A stretch of DNA of 64,000 nt from contig CDMY01000435.1 in assembly GCA_001179505.1 (NCBI GenBank), forward strand, positions 12,465 through 76,464, written 5' to 3'. A model generated the notes under the pieces. That model saw nothing but the letters and a program-made list of their open reading frames with translations, was not told where the DNA came from and searched no databases. The translations under genes were made by a program, and so were the position numbers. This DNA is from Vitrella brassicaformis CCMP3155. Taxonomy: Eukaryota; Protista; Chromerida. Positions 37,281 through 48,837 of the stretch are shown here, piece by piece. Numbering within the stretch: position 1 is the stretch's first letter; every line of letters begins with the position of its first letter.

Positions 37281-38219
37281 CTGCCTGCAACCACACAAAC
37301 AGAGAGAGAGAGCGACTGATAATGGCTTAAGGGTCTCCGCCTCTCTTTCAGGTTTCGATTCCCTATCTTGGCTGCTTTTGACCTCTGCGTGCTGCGTACA
37401 GAGTGTGCGTGTAAGCACCACCACACAGAGTGTCCGTGTCGTGTTATTGTCGCTGGTTGGTTGCTTATTGTTGCTTATTGTGCTTGTCGATGTTTTGCTT
37501 ATTATGTCCAACGACGAGACTTACGCCAATGCATGCACACGACTGACGGGATTTCTACCTGAGGGATACATTCGTATTGCCTGAAACGGCTTACGTTGCT
37601 GAAGTAGAGGGTGAGTGTCCTCTGTGGGGTAGTATCGGTTGGTCACAAATAGAGACGGCTGAGCTGACTCACCAATTCGTGTACTGACTACGGTCTTGGC
37701 GGATCATTGAGGTCGACTGGTGTGTGCCTCTGCTTTCCTGGGTCCCTGCCGTCATCCCGGCCGGCGAACATGTGTGCATTTACATACGCGACGTGCATCG
37801 ACGCCAATCCTGTTGCACAGGTTTCTGCATGACGACTTCGCTGTGCGACGCTTGCGTCTTCTGCTTGTGGGAGTGTGATGGCGTCGAAAATGATGGCGTC
37901 TCGTCCTCGATTTCATTCCATCCCCTTCCATGGCCCTTCTTGTTACGATTGATACTGCGTTGTCGGCAAGCGCTCGTCATTGTAAAGATACGAATTGTCA
38001 AGGAACAGACTAACAGACTAAGTGCCTGACTGACTGAAGAGATTGTACTCTGCTTTCTCGGTATGCCGACCGACCGAGAGACACATTCACCCTATCTTAT
38101 CTAGGCCAGTAGTCTTTGCCTATACCGGAAGCATTCGGCACGTCTTCATCTCGTCTAAAATATTCATGAGCCTGAGGCACACAGGCCACTCCGAGACGGA
38201 AGTCACTGCATAACAGTAG

Positions 38220-40397
38220 CTATATGGGCTTGTCTGGTGGAATGGGGAGGTTCATTTGGAGGAAGGCAAACTCGACGCAGTTGCCGCCAGCATGCTGCAA
38301 CCCACGCACACACGGACATACATGTCCAAGAAATGTATTCTTCCACCTGGATATTCGGCTCTTTGTGGAACATGACGTATCTGCACCAATAGTATCACAC
38401 GCGACACCGAGGCACACACATCTATGCACGTCTATGTTCATTTGTGTGCGTGTGTCTGTGGCCTGACCAACCCGTTGTTCAGAAAGGCGGTGAGCAGCTC
38501 CCTGTTCATTTCGACCACCTGCTGTTGGTGGTCGCCGTACACATGAACTTCTATCAGCACCTGTGGGTGACACATACACACACAGAGAACCGACGTGCAC
38601 CTGTGTGACGACGCATCTCTATGGGGGTGGTCCTTCCTTGCCTGGCGTATTGGTGGCCTTTTCCTCCACTCTCCGCTCGTCAGAAGCGGGGTCAGCGACT
38701 TGAACCTAGATGAGCACATACACAAAGTACATGGAGGGATGCGTGTGTGTGTGTGTGTGTGCCATCCTCGTTCTCTTTGAGTCCGCTTGCTCACTCGGCC
38801 CCCTCGACATCGATCTTGAATATGTCGATCTCTCGGCTCTCATGACCCAGAGCACTTGCGACATAGACAGACAGACAGACAGACACTAGCCTTCTGTGTG
38901 TGCTGCCCCGCTCTCACGTGATGATCTCGTTCAAGCCTGCTGTGAGGGGCCCCGGATCGTCGGCCTTCAGGTTGGCCCTGAACACATCAGACACGACACG
39001 AAACGGCACAACACAAACACCATTCCTTTGGATGGACCATTCCTTTGGATGGAAACGAGAAAGGCGTCCGGTGGCGCTTACCCCTTTCCCGGCTGGTCGA
39101 TGCCCCATCTATGAAAGTGGACATGCTCGGGCTTGGCCTCCGGAACCGCCACAGTGTGATCAAACTACGCATGCCCGGACAGATACCAAGGACAGACATC
39201 GATGAAGGGCCAGTCTTGTGTGTGTATTCTGTGTGCATACGGTGTGGACTTCGCATCCGAGTGTCTTGTGTACGCTGTCCTCGAACGACCACTGAGACAC
39301 AGGGATGGAACGCACAGCACATGAGGTGGAAAAGGCCACCCTTATGTACCTCGTTGGACCCACCCACAGAGTACACCAAGCATGGCTCGCCTGATGCGTT
39401 GCTGCGCGACCGGATCCTGCGCGCAGATGTGCACCACATGTGAAGCCATAAACGAGTATCCGCTGTCTGTCTGCGCGTGTATGCAATGCGCATGTGAGTG
39501 CGGGCGGTACCCACCGGTCAGGATCGCAGACCCACTTTCCACCGTCACCAAGGGTGCCCAATCGCACCTCAAACCTGCCACACGTTAGTGTGTGCACACG
39601 TCGACGAGCGTGTGTGTGGCTGCAGCCCTCACTCGCAGCTCCAATCGGGATCGAAGAACATCTGGTAGAAGGTCTGGCCATTGGCCCCGCTGATCTTGCT
39701 AAGCCACTTGGGGTCCATCTGCGGAGAGACACACATGAGTACACTCATGAACGTACACAGAATCCTTGTCGTATATCTATGTGCACCTGTCTGTGCCACA
39801 TGACGGCTCTGTTCTTCTTTCTCAGCTCCCATCTCTGCGCCTCCGTGTATTGGCTCGAATCGTAGAATCCAAGGGACTCCTGCACACCATCAACATTCGC
39901 CTTCCCATTTTCATTACATGTTTGTACCCCAGCCATGAGAGCGAAGGCAGCGGGCGATGTGGCAGCACTCTGCTGCTTGGTGATCTGCCGCTGTTGGTCC
40001 CTCGACGACGTGACAGACGACCGAAGCCCCGAACCTGTGTGTCAACCGGGCATCACGTGTGATGGTGTGTCCTGTATTGCACCTCTAAGCAGCTTCTGGA
40101 CCATCTGCGTGACCTGCCACTCGCCCACAATGCCATCGATGCCATCCTGTGTACATATACACATACCAAATTGATAGGCATAAGTCCTGGTCCGTGTGTA
40201 TACAATGACGAAGGAATGGCGTATAGACATGAGGGCTTAGCAAGAAGTGTGGCCCCGGTTGGCACGCTTACATCACGTAGGTCACCAAGTTTGCGACGAA
40301 TGTCCTGCAATGTTCGATGAAGCAAATTCACGTCGATTAATACGAAAACAATAGCGGCGAAGAACAGGAAGACAGCTGTTCGCACCTCCACCTCCAT
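38220..40397 (-). CDS. Methyltransf_22 (METTL24-like) methyltransferase with N-terminal membrane anchor, many short exons
   Basis: AVFLFFAAIVFVLI anchor; RLGTLGDGGKWVCDP; CLVYSVGGSNE; SFE...LGCEVH; FDHT; IDIFKIDVEGAE; QVLIEVH; FHKEPN; CVEFAFL. Confidence 0.85.
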
Positions 40398-41562
40398 TTC
40401 TACTGAACTCTATTTATTAGTTACTATTAGCTTCATCAATGTACGTTGAAGAGAGTACTATTTTGCCCCTCCTGAGGATCGACCCACCTGCTTGACGGGC
40501 TATTCACAAGCAAAATGAACCGCATAAACCAATCACTCATCAGCCATCCAAACCGACCATTTCGAATTCATGGCTCAAAATGACTGCAAGACACATGAAG
40601 CACCCCTCTTTGAAAGAGCGGACCGATGAAAGAGTGGATGAACGGAGAAAGACAGACATTTTGATTGTCATCTTCTGAGATGAACCATTCTCGATGGCGA
40701 TTTGCGACGAAAAAGCGACTTGCGTGACCGAGCTTGAGCCACGATGACATAAACGGAAGAGCAGCTGGTTCGCGCTTACGATGCAGCAAAGGCCCATTGG
40801 TGACTCACAGGAGGGTCAGTTGAGTCATCTGAGGCATCTGATGACATTCATCCAGCCCACACGTTTGTGCGGGGCTGATGTCACCGGCCAGTCTCCCTCC
40901 CCTGCCTTTCGCTCCCCTCCCCTTACACCCAACGACTCACCCACCCACCCATCCATCCACCCATAGCGCGAGCGCTGCGATTTGATGATCATTTCGACTG
41001 ATGCATTCACGCTGCAGGCGGCGGGGCGGCATGATTTATGTGAGTTGCTTGCTGTCATGCCTGCTGTTCACGCCTGTTGTGCCGTCATGGACCCACTGGA
41101 CACCATGTTGATGACTCCTGTTCCATGCAAACCAGCTTGTGGAGATCAACGGTGAATCAGACTCAGGAGACACTCAGACTCACTGCGAAGGGCCTCGCAG
41201 TCACGACAGGCGGATTGAATGAGTGAGTGAATGGCTGGTTTTTCGTCGTTTCAGAGTGGTTTTGAGCGGGAAAACGGCTCTGGTGAGTCATTCACGGCGA
41301 GATCCCCAGCATGAAACAAGGAGAAGATAGACCAATCACTCGCTTGCGCGTACAAACCAACCAATCAGCCCTACTGACCGCATTCATGTGTTGCGGGAAC
41401 ACATCTTCATGCGTCTTCGATGAGTTCGATCACATAGCACAAAAGTCCGTTTCACTCTGAGAAAAAGTCCGTTTGCCAAGAAAGCGAATTACGACGGGCA
41501 GGATAGCGGACCTGCCCAGGCATCTGTCGGGATGACTGGGGCGGTGGAGGTGGCGAATAGCA

Positions 41563-42105
41563 GTGCGTTGCGTGGCGCCTTCTCTTCAATCTACAAATAC
41601 ACCCGACGAGCCTGATGGTGTCCCCAACGACCCCACCGTCCGCACGGACCTGTTCGTGTCGAGGTTTTGGCCAAGCTGCCGCGAGCTGTCGATCGATTTC
41701 TGCGTGACCGACGCTGACGCTCGCTGCAACCAGGGCAAGACCACCGGCACGATCACCCGCGAGAGGGAGAAGCTCAAGAAGGACCACCATCTTGACGTGT
41801 GTCGGCTCAACCGCATGGACTTCACGGCATTCATCGTGACGTGTGACGGCGTCTATGGGAGGGAGGCCGATCGCTTCATTCGCCGCTTGGCCGAGCTCAT
41901 CAACAAGAGGGGCGGATGGGACAGATATGGCACTGGCCGGGTCGAGCAATGGATTCGGGCGCGGCTGTCAGTGTGCCTGGCTCGTTCGGTGTCTGCGTGT
42001 CTGCGGCGGCCCAGGAGGAAGGGCCGGTGGCATTGGCTGTATCAGAGGGGGCGTTGGGGTGATGGGGCTGGGATGTTCGTGCCTGGGGAGCCTCTCATTT
42101 TCTGA
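41563..42105 (+). mobile_element. 5'-truncated non-LTR retrotransposon C-terminal RLE domain (second family)
   Basis: RTDLFVSRFW...IDFCVTDADA...EREKLKKDHH...FTAFIVTCDGVYGREA...WIRARLSVCLARSVSACLR...DGAG; no RT upstream. Confidence 0.82.
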
Positions 42106-42326
42106 GGGCGCCCCCCTGTGAGTAGGCGTGTGGGGATAGTGTGTGTTGATTGGCCTGGATGCCTGTCTGTCTGGTTGGCTGTCTGTCTATCTGTCTGTCA
42201 GTCCGCATGTCTGTCCATTCACGTGTGCTGCTCATGAGCATTGTTTGTCCATTTGAGTGTCTGTAGCTCGTTATCATTGCATCGCGATCGACTGTTCATG
42301 TTTGTTCGTGCCGTGGACCAACGCGT

Positions 42327-43224
42327 GTGTGGTCCCCGGCGCATCGTTACACATCAACCATCTACAAATCGGGGGAATGGGGGAGGAACAAGGAGGGGAA
42401 CGGGCACGCTGGGCCGGGGAGCACCAGGGAAGCAACAGACAGCGTTCGCCTATTGCTAGAGGAGTTCTTGCGTGATCGGAATATCCGATCCGTCGTTGAC
42501 GCAGGATGCGGGGACTGGCAAACTACAGCCGGAGAATAGCATCCATGTGTGTGTCTCTGTACGCAGGGAGTGGACAGCTACACTGGTGTGGATGTGGTGC
42601 CGGACATTATTGCTCGCAATCAGCAGCTGTATGGAAGTCACAACCGGACCTTTCGCGCAAGCAGCATGTTGGAGAGAGAAGCCCTCCCTCCCGCAGACGT
42701 GAGCGCAGCGAGAAAGAAGACTGTGTCCACAATTCACTGCCTCTCTGTTTTCTCTCTTGTAGCTTTGATGACGAAGGATGTAGCCAGCTGCTCCGTCCAT
42801 GCCTGGCGGTGCATGGCTCATGGGTTTTTCTGTCTGTCTGTCTGTCTGTCTGTCTGCAGGTGCTGCAGCACCTGCCCACGCCAATGGTGCAGCGATTCCT
42901 CGAGTCCCACCTCACTGCTGATAAACGTGTGCACAACTACAAGTATGCCCTCCTCACCCACGATAGATGCAACGTCAGTCGGGGGCGGAAGAGGGAATAC
43001 GCATCTCAGATGGCTGTGCTTTTTGGTCTCCTGCCCATTTCCAGGTCACCAAGGTGGATTCCCGCTGCCAAGATAACCAGGACCTGGACATGCCACTGTA
43101 TCTGTCACCGTTTTCTCTGCCTGGCCGCCATTCTCTCTTCTACCGCTGGCTAAACCGCCCGGGGGGCGACGATGAGGGCGAGAAGGCCACTTTGCTTATC
43201 GATTTCACTTTTCGTACTTTGTGA
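42327..43224 (+). CDS. Class I SAM-dependent methyltransferase, multi-exon; 5' end not found
   Basis: IYKSGEWG...AGPGSTREAT...IRSVVDAGCGDW; YTGVDVVPDIIARNQ; VLQHLP. Confidence 0.7.
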
Positions 43225-44379
43225 TCGATGTGAGTCACCCTAGAGCAAGCTTCTTCTTCGCCGCCCTTGTAAAGAGGATGTGAGGCCTATCGCACAGAAG
43301 CTGTTTCGAAAGAAGTGGCATGAAGGGGGAGAATCCTCATGATTTATGTGAATTTAGCCGGGATCGCTTGTTATCATGCCTCACGCGAAATCGGATGGCG
43401 CAAGGGGCCTCTTGCGAAACCCAGGGATAGCCAAGGGAGACCTTGCTGTGCCGGGCCGTCTCCCTGGTGCCGTTATAATACACACCATCCCGGTGAGCTC
43501 CACATGATTTCTTTGAATCATCCAGTCAAGTACGACCAGTGCCTCCCTCGACATGTAAACTGTAGCGGGGAACGGGAAGAAGACTTCTGGGTGGCGAGTC
43601 CCTTGTGCATCCATCCACGAAGGGTGCGTCTGTGTGTCTCTATTGCCGATGTGCAACCCAGAAGACGGCTCCTAATGCACGAATCCTGGGGTTTCTCTTG
43701 TTCCGCTCGAAATTTGATCCAGCCAGGGACAATGCGAAGACTCACAACAAAGTATGTACGTACGGAGACTTGGTCTCATTTCTGGATGTACAGGGCCGCT
43801 GCTGGCTAGTATGGCCATGACTCAGTGCAGACACTTACTTCTGGCAAGGACAGTCAAACATGCAGTCAAAGCCAGGTTTCGTTCCCATTCTTCAGAATGA
43901 GCCCCATTCCGCTTGTATTGTACACAGGTCTCGGCCAGTGGTGAAACTACCCCTACTGCCTGTAATTACCGCCAATGGCGTAGCTCACGTCCCTTTGTTT
44001 TCCCGTTGCAATTGCGTGCGGACAAATTCTAGCACGGAGTGGCTTGGTACTCAACCGAACAGAGGATGAATTGGTGAATGAACAGTATGTATTGGATCAG
44101 CGGGTGCTGGCCGTAACATAGTGGATTCGTGGGGTGGGTGGGTGGGTGTGGGTATCCAGGCCGTGTGCCTGCTCCTTAGCGCCTTTTAGAGCGTGGTGGA
44201 TAGAATACCTTTATGACGCGGTGGTGGCATTCGTGTCGAAGGGACGGATGGTAATTCACGACGTCTCACATGACTCGAGCGGACAAACTGTTTCAGAGTC
44301 TCTCCATCTCGGCGTAAGCATACGATTACATGCTACTATCACTCAGGATGAAGAGTCGAGAAAGCAGCTACAAGCAGAC

Positions 44380-45986
44380 TCACTGCAGATGCCTTGATGG
44401 CACGGTACGAAGGTTCAGCCGAATGTCTGGTAAGTCAGGATGTAGCCGCTCGTATCCCCTCATCCCGTCACATCGAAGAATTCCTTGGGGTACCGTCCAA
44501 TCGATCGTCCCATCCTGATCTCGAATCCCGAGAATATCGTACTCAAAACGCCGGAGCTTCACAATCTCTTCATACGCAATGTTTTTCTCCCCATAGCTTA
44601 TTTTGACAGCAGGAACTACCATTATTCGGTCCCAACCGAGCTCCCAAAAGTCCTTGCAAAGGAGAGTGCACTCACTCCCTGAACATTCGCCGTCCTTCAA
44701 CTCGCCGCGACGGAAACGGACTCCGTCCTGAAGGAAAGGTTTTGGGTTCAACACCGCCGCTCCGTTCCAGCAACATGCCACTTGCGCTGGTAGTCCTTCG
44801 GAAAAGCGCCGCTTGGTCTCTTCATGCTGTGAGGGGTTGTATGATGGGTAGAACAACGTGCTGCCATCGATTGATCGAGACACCCACGTATCGTAGAACC
44901 AGAACGGCCAACCGTTGCATTTCACGTTGTTTTCCGGACATGCCGAGTAGTCCAAACCTGAAGACCAACACCCACACCACACACATGCCCACCTAAACCT
45001 CCAGTGGCACCAATCACGACTGACCACACGTAATATCGGCGTCATGTATGGTGGATTGCCTAAGGAGCTCCAAAATGTCGGTGTCACATATGTAGACGTC
45101 GTTGAGAAAGACAATTTTGCTGTTAGACTTCGGTTCATCGCCGGAGCTCCATTCTGCCAGCGGTTCCAGGGCTCTGTTTCGCACTGCAGCAAGGTACTCA
45201 ATGCGATGCACACCCCCGGGCCTGTTTTGGTTCTCCATGACAATGCGATGCGCCACACCATACAGGCCAAGGAGGATGTCTAGATTCATCAGATACTCCT
45301 TGGTGTGATCCGAGCTGCCGTNNNNNNNNNNNNNNNNNNNNNNNNNNNNNNNNNNNNNNNNNNNNNNNNNNNNNNNNNNNNNNNNNNNNNNNNNNNNNNN
45401 NNNNNNNNNNNNNNNNNNNNNNNNNNNNNNNNNNNNNNNNNNNNNNNNNNNNNNNNNNNNNNNNNNNNNNNNNNNNNNNNNNNNNNNNNNNNNNNNNNNN
45501 NNNNNNNNNNNNNNNNNNNNNNNNNNNNNNNNNNNNNNNNNNNNNNNNNNNNNNNNNNNNNNNNNNNNNNNNNNNNNNNNNNNNNNNNNNNNNNNNNNNN
45601 NNNNNNNNNNNNNNNNNNNNNAGAGGCTCGTAGCGTGTCCAGTTTCGGCGTGCTGATAGCTCCTCGCACGCATCAGTAATCTTCATGGAATTCGCAAACA
45701 GGCCATACGCGAGCTCACGAGACAGATCTTTAGCTGGCTTTGCTTCATCTCCCTTCCCTGAGACGCGCGAGGGCAGATTACGCCCCAGTTGCGAGAGGAA
45801 GCCTCTGAGAGAACGCCACAGGTTCGTCGCCTTTTCGTGGCCACGTACAGGAAGCCCGCTACGCTGGACTTCGACACCCGGCTTCACAATCTCCTCCATA
45901 AAGTCATGGAAGGATTGCGGATATATCGCGGCCGATGCCATTGTTCTGACCACAATGGCAGCCAACACCGGCATCAGGGACATCAT
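44380..45986 (-). CDS. CAP59/Cmt1-family (GT69) alpha-1,3-mannosyltransferase; spans the assembly gap
   Basis: GSSDHTKEYL; RIEYLAAVRNRALEPL; IVFLNDVY; ADITCG|LDY (intron 44958-45024); FYDTWVSRSIDG; QVACCWNGAAVL; FRRG..GECSGSECTLLCKDFW; IMVVPAV. Confidence 0.88.
45322..45621. other. Assembly gap (300 N)
   Basis: Run of N inside the duplicated GT69 segment. Confidence 1.
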
Positions 45987-46089
45987 GTTCCCCTCAACAA
46001 TTCGATTCGTCCGTTGAACAAAAAAAGGTGAACAACAATAATAATGCTCGTCGCGATGATAAGTCACTCACGTGGATTTTTACGCAACC

Positions 46090-46260
46090 GATGCACTTGC
46101 GAAGGCGAGGCCCGAAGGGCCGAGCCGAGCAACGACTGGCCACAGTTGACTCAATGCGGAGGGCACCGAAGGTGTCCGGAGCGCCGACGGCAGGCCAGTT
46201 CGTCTGAGTGATTCATGGGTGGTGGAGCGAGGGATGCGCGCGAAGCGCAGACCGACGCGG
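46090..46260 (+). repeat. ~165-bp repeat with GAA-triloop hairpins, copy 2
   Basis: GGCCC-GAA-GGGCC (46109-46121), GGGCACC-GAA-GGTGTCC (46161-46177), GCGC-GAA-GCGC (46238-46248). Confidence 0.85.
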
Positions 46261-46889
46261 GGTATGAGTTATGATTTCCGAATTGGAGGAAATTATGCCA
46301 ATAATGGTGGGGGGACATCCATGCAATAATGGTGCATCTTGCCGTTATGCATAATTGCCTTTCAAGATGTGGTTTTCCTGGCCCGTCCAGTCGTGTTGTG
46401 ACTAAGTAAGATGGCGCCCAAGTACGCACCAGTCGTGGACGCTGCGGCGCTGCGAGAAGGGGATTCGCCGAAGATGCTGTGGTCCATCATCGGAGCTGGT
46501 AAACGGAAAGAACACCATGTGTTTGTGGCGAATTGTATGGATCTCTGTGTCAGTGCTGCTGGTGTTTCTGGTAGCAAATTCGGGGCTATTGCTGCTGAGG
46601 TGCCAGGAAGACGTATCGCAACTCAAGAAGAGTGTCGACGCCCTGAGGTAGGGAGATGGGTACATGGGCAGGATGGCAGGCACACACAAAACACATTGCC
46701 TTTGTGCACATGTGTTGGTCAGGAATATGCTTCTGCGACATAGAATGCGATCACTCTTCCCTCCCCACCTGCATTCCGGAGACACAAACAACATATTCAC
46801 GTGCAACATATCACTCCAAGTACCCCATACCCAGTATCTCGACATCTTCCTTCATATGTTGTGGCCAGTCCTCCACCAGCGACGCACGC

Positions 46890-47253
46890 ACAGCGCCGGA
46901 TCGTCTCTCAAGGGCACAGGGTGCTCACTCGAATCGGCCAATGTGCGCGTCAAGATGGAGCACAAGCACAACAAAAAACAGTGCAGAAAGTATTTTACAT
47001 GGGGCCTCCACCGTCCTAAGCTGCAAGCAATTCAGGAAGCTCTTCTGCTCAAAAGACATCATCTGTTGGGCGGGACGTGAGAAATGTCAATGAGATTAGT
47101 CGCGGTGCATTTCATATGGTGAGGGAATTGAAGGATGTGTCACTGTGATGGTGGGTCGTTTGTGCACGCAATGAGGGAAATTTTCCCCGTTGATACCTTT
47201 TTCGATTCTCTTCGTAGACCAATATGTAGATCGACATATGTAGTAGGTCTGCT
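46890..47253 (+). pseudogene. 3' fragment (copy B) of the His/Cys repeated family plus terminal motif
   Basis: SLKGTGCSLESANVRVKMEHKHNKKQCRKYFTWG...KLQAIQEALLLKRHHLLGGT* aligns to the copy A and copy C C-termini; premature stop. Confidence 0.8.
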
Positions 47254-47493
47254 GGGGGAGAAACTTGCATTAACCGTAACACTCGTCTGTGTGTCCGTGA
47301 TACTCATACAAATACAGTCCCATCAGCACGCAGAGTCAAACGCTCAAGGGGAGGAGGGATCAATCCCCGCCCCATCAGCACACCCCAGTCCCGCAAACCC
47401 TCCCCTCCCTCCCCCACGCAGACAGAAGGTAGTCGCACGCGCGAGGGCGATAGACAAGCGAGAGCCAATCCATCCAGACACATGATGATGATG
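47254..47493 (-). mobile_element. 240-bp 5'-truncated non-LTR retrotransposon insertion with a 14-bp target-site duplication
   Basis: Flanked by GTAGTAGGTCTGCT at 47240-47253 and 47494-47507. Minus strand reads VSGWIGSRLSIALARATTFCLRGG...DGAGIDPSSP*, homologous to the C-terminus of the RLE ORF at 41563-42105. Confidence 0.85.
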
Positions 47494-47743
47494 GTAGTAG
47501 GTCTGCTTGACTGATGGATGACAGAGGTTGAATGGACGAGTGGGTGTAGGGCTTTATTCTGTCTGGCTTTTCAAACTGAGATGTGTATGTACTAGAGGAG
47601 CCTGCCATTAGTGTCTTAGGTCCGTGCATACCCTACGGCACGTGCTTCTTTATGTGTTGCCTCATCAGCCAGGTCGAGGACACTGGTTTGAAATAATTTC
47701 GCATGATAACGCCATCGTCAATCAGTTAACCTTGGTCACGTTG

Positions 47744-48837
47744 ATGTGTCTACGCAAAGCACTCAGCCTCCTCTTCGCTGCGGTCTTATTGATAGTTTTT
47801 CTCAGAAGACGCCTCACGGCGGGAACGGGGCCCCCCTTGCGCCGAATTACGACCAGGGACGATTCTCACACGAGCGAACGTTTGCTCGATGATGGCGCCG
47901 TCGTATTCCGCTCGGAAAGTCGTGAACTCAGCCGCGGACCAACGAATGGCACTGTCTTAGTATTGACCATCGTCAAGGATGGCCAGTCCTGGGGATCCCA
48001 GCGGAGCTTTCACGACTACCTGAAGCTCATCTCTAACCTCGGAGTCAACAAGGCAGATTTGTCTCTGGGGCTCTTGATCAGCGATGCAAATGAACACCGG
48101 GACATCAAGCAGATTCTTGACTCTTCCAACGAGGATTTCCGGCGTCTGTGCATCATCCGAGAGCCAGAGACATTCCGTAAGATGGAGGGCGAGAGACGGG
48201 ATCGGCACAACGAGGATATACAGCGACCTCGGCGCAAGCTTCTTGCCCGGATTAGGAACTATCTGGTGACGACGGCGCTCCATGATGAGGCCAACGTGCT
48301 GTGGATCGATGCAGACATGATCAAGATACCTGATAATCTTCTGCCGACGATGATCAAGTCAGGTCACCCCATTTTGGTGCCGTCCACGTTTATTGGCGAC
48401 CTGTATTACGACCGGTAGGCACGGACGAATCATCCAAGTGTGGATATACGTAGCGTTGCTGTGTGTTACTTCCCCCTAGGAACACATGGGTGGGTCCCCG
48501 CACGGAGCCAACAAAAGAACAGCTGCTTCGCCTTCGGGAAGGGGACAGCGCTGCTTTCATTCCAGAGCAGGCCCCTGGGAACATGTATCTCGACCAATTT
48601 AAAGACAGAGAGGAGGATTTTGTTCCTATAGACGCCGTTGGCGGAACAGTTCTCTTCGTCAAGGCGACGCTGCATCGCCAAGGAGTCTTATTTCCCCCCT
48701 ATCATGTGATCGGCGCGGACTGGGGTGGTGAAGGATACGACGGAGTAGAGACCGAGGGACTGTGTTATGTCGCTGCGACAATTGGCGCTGCTTGTCACGG
48801 GATGACACACTTCGATGCGATACATTCAGCGGATTAG
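47744..48837 (+). CDS. Anp1/Mnn9/Van1-family (GT62) mannosyltransferase, type II membrane protein, two exons
   Basis: TM LSLLFAAVLLIVFL; LSLGLLISD; RHNEDIQRPRRKLLARIRNYL; VLWIDADM; intron 48415-48479; DAVGGTVLFVKATLHRQGVLFP; VETEGL. Confidence 0.9.

Noticed and set aside
43339-44400. ORF fragments between the class I methyltransferase and GT69
   Set aside because: No recognisable motif or consistent exon chain.
46411-46890. Possible MULE-like TNN motif (GDTNNIF) upstream of family copy B
   Set aside because: Too weak, absent from copy A, and no DDE catalytic context.
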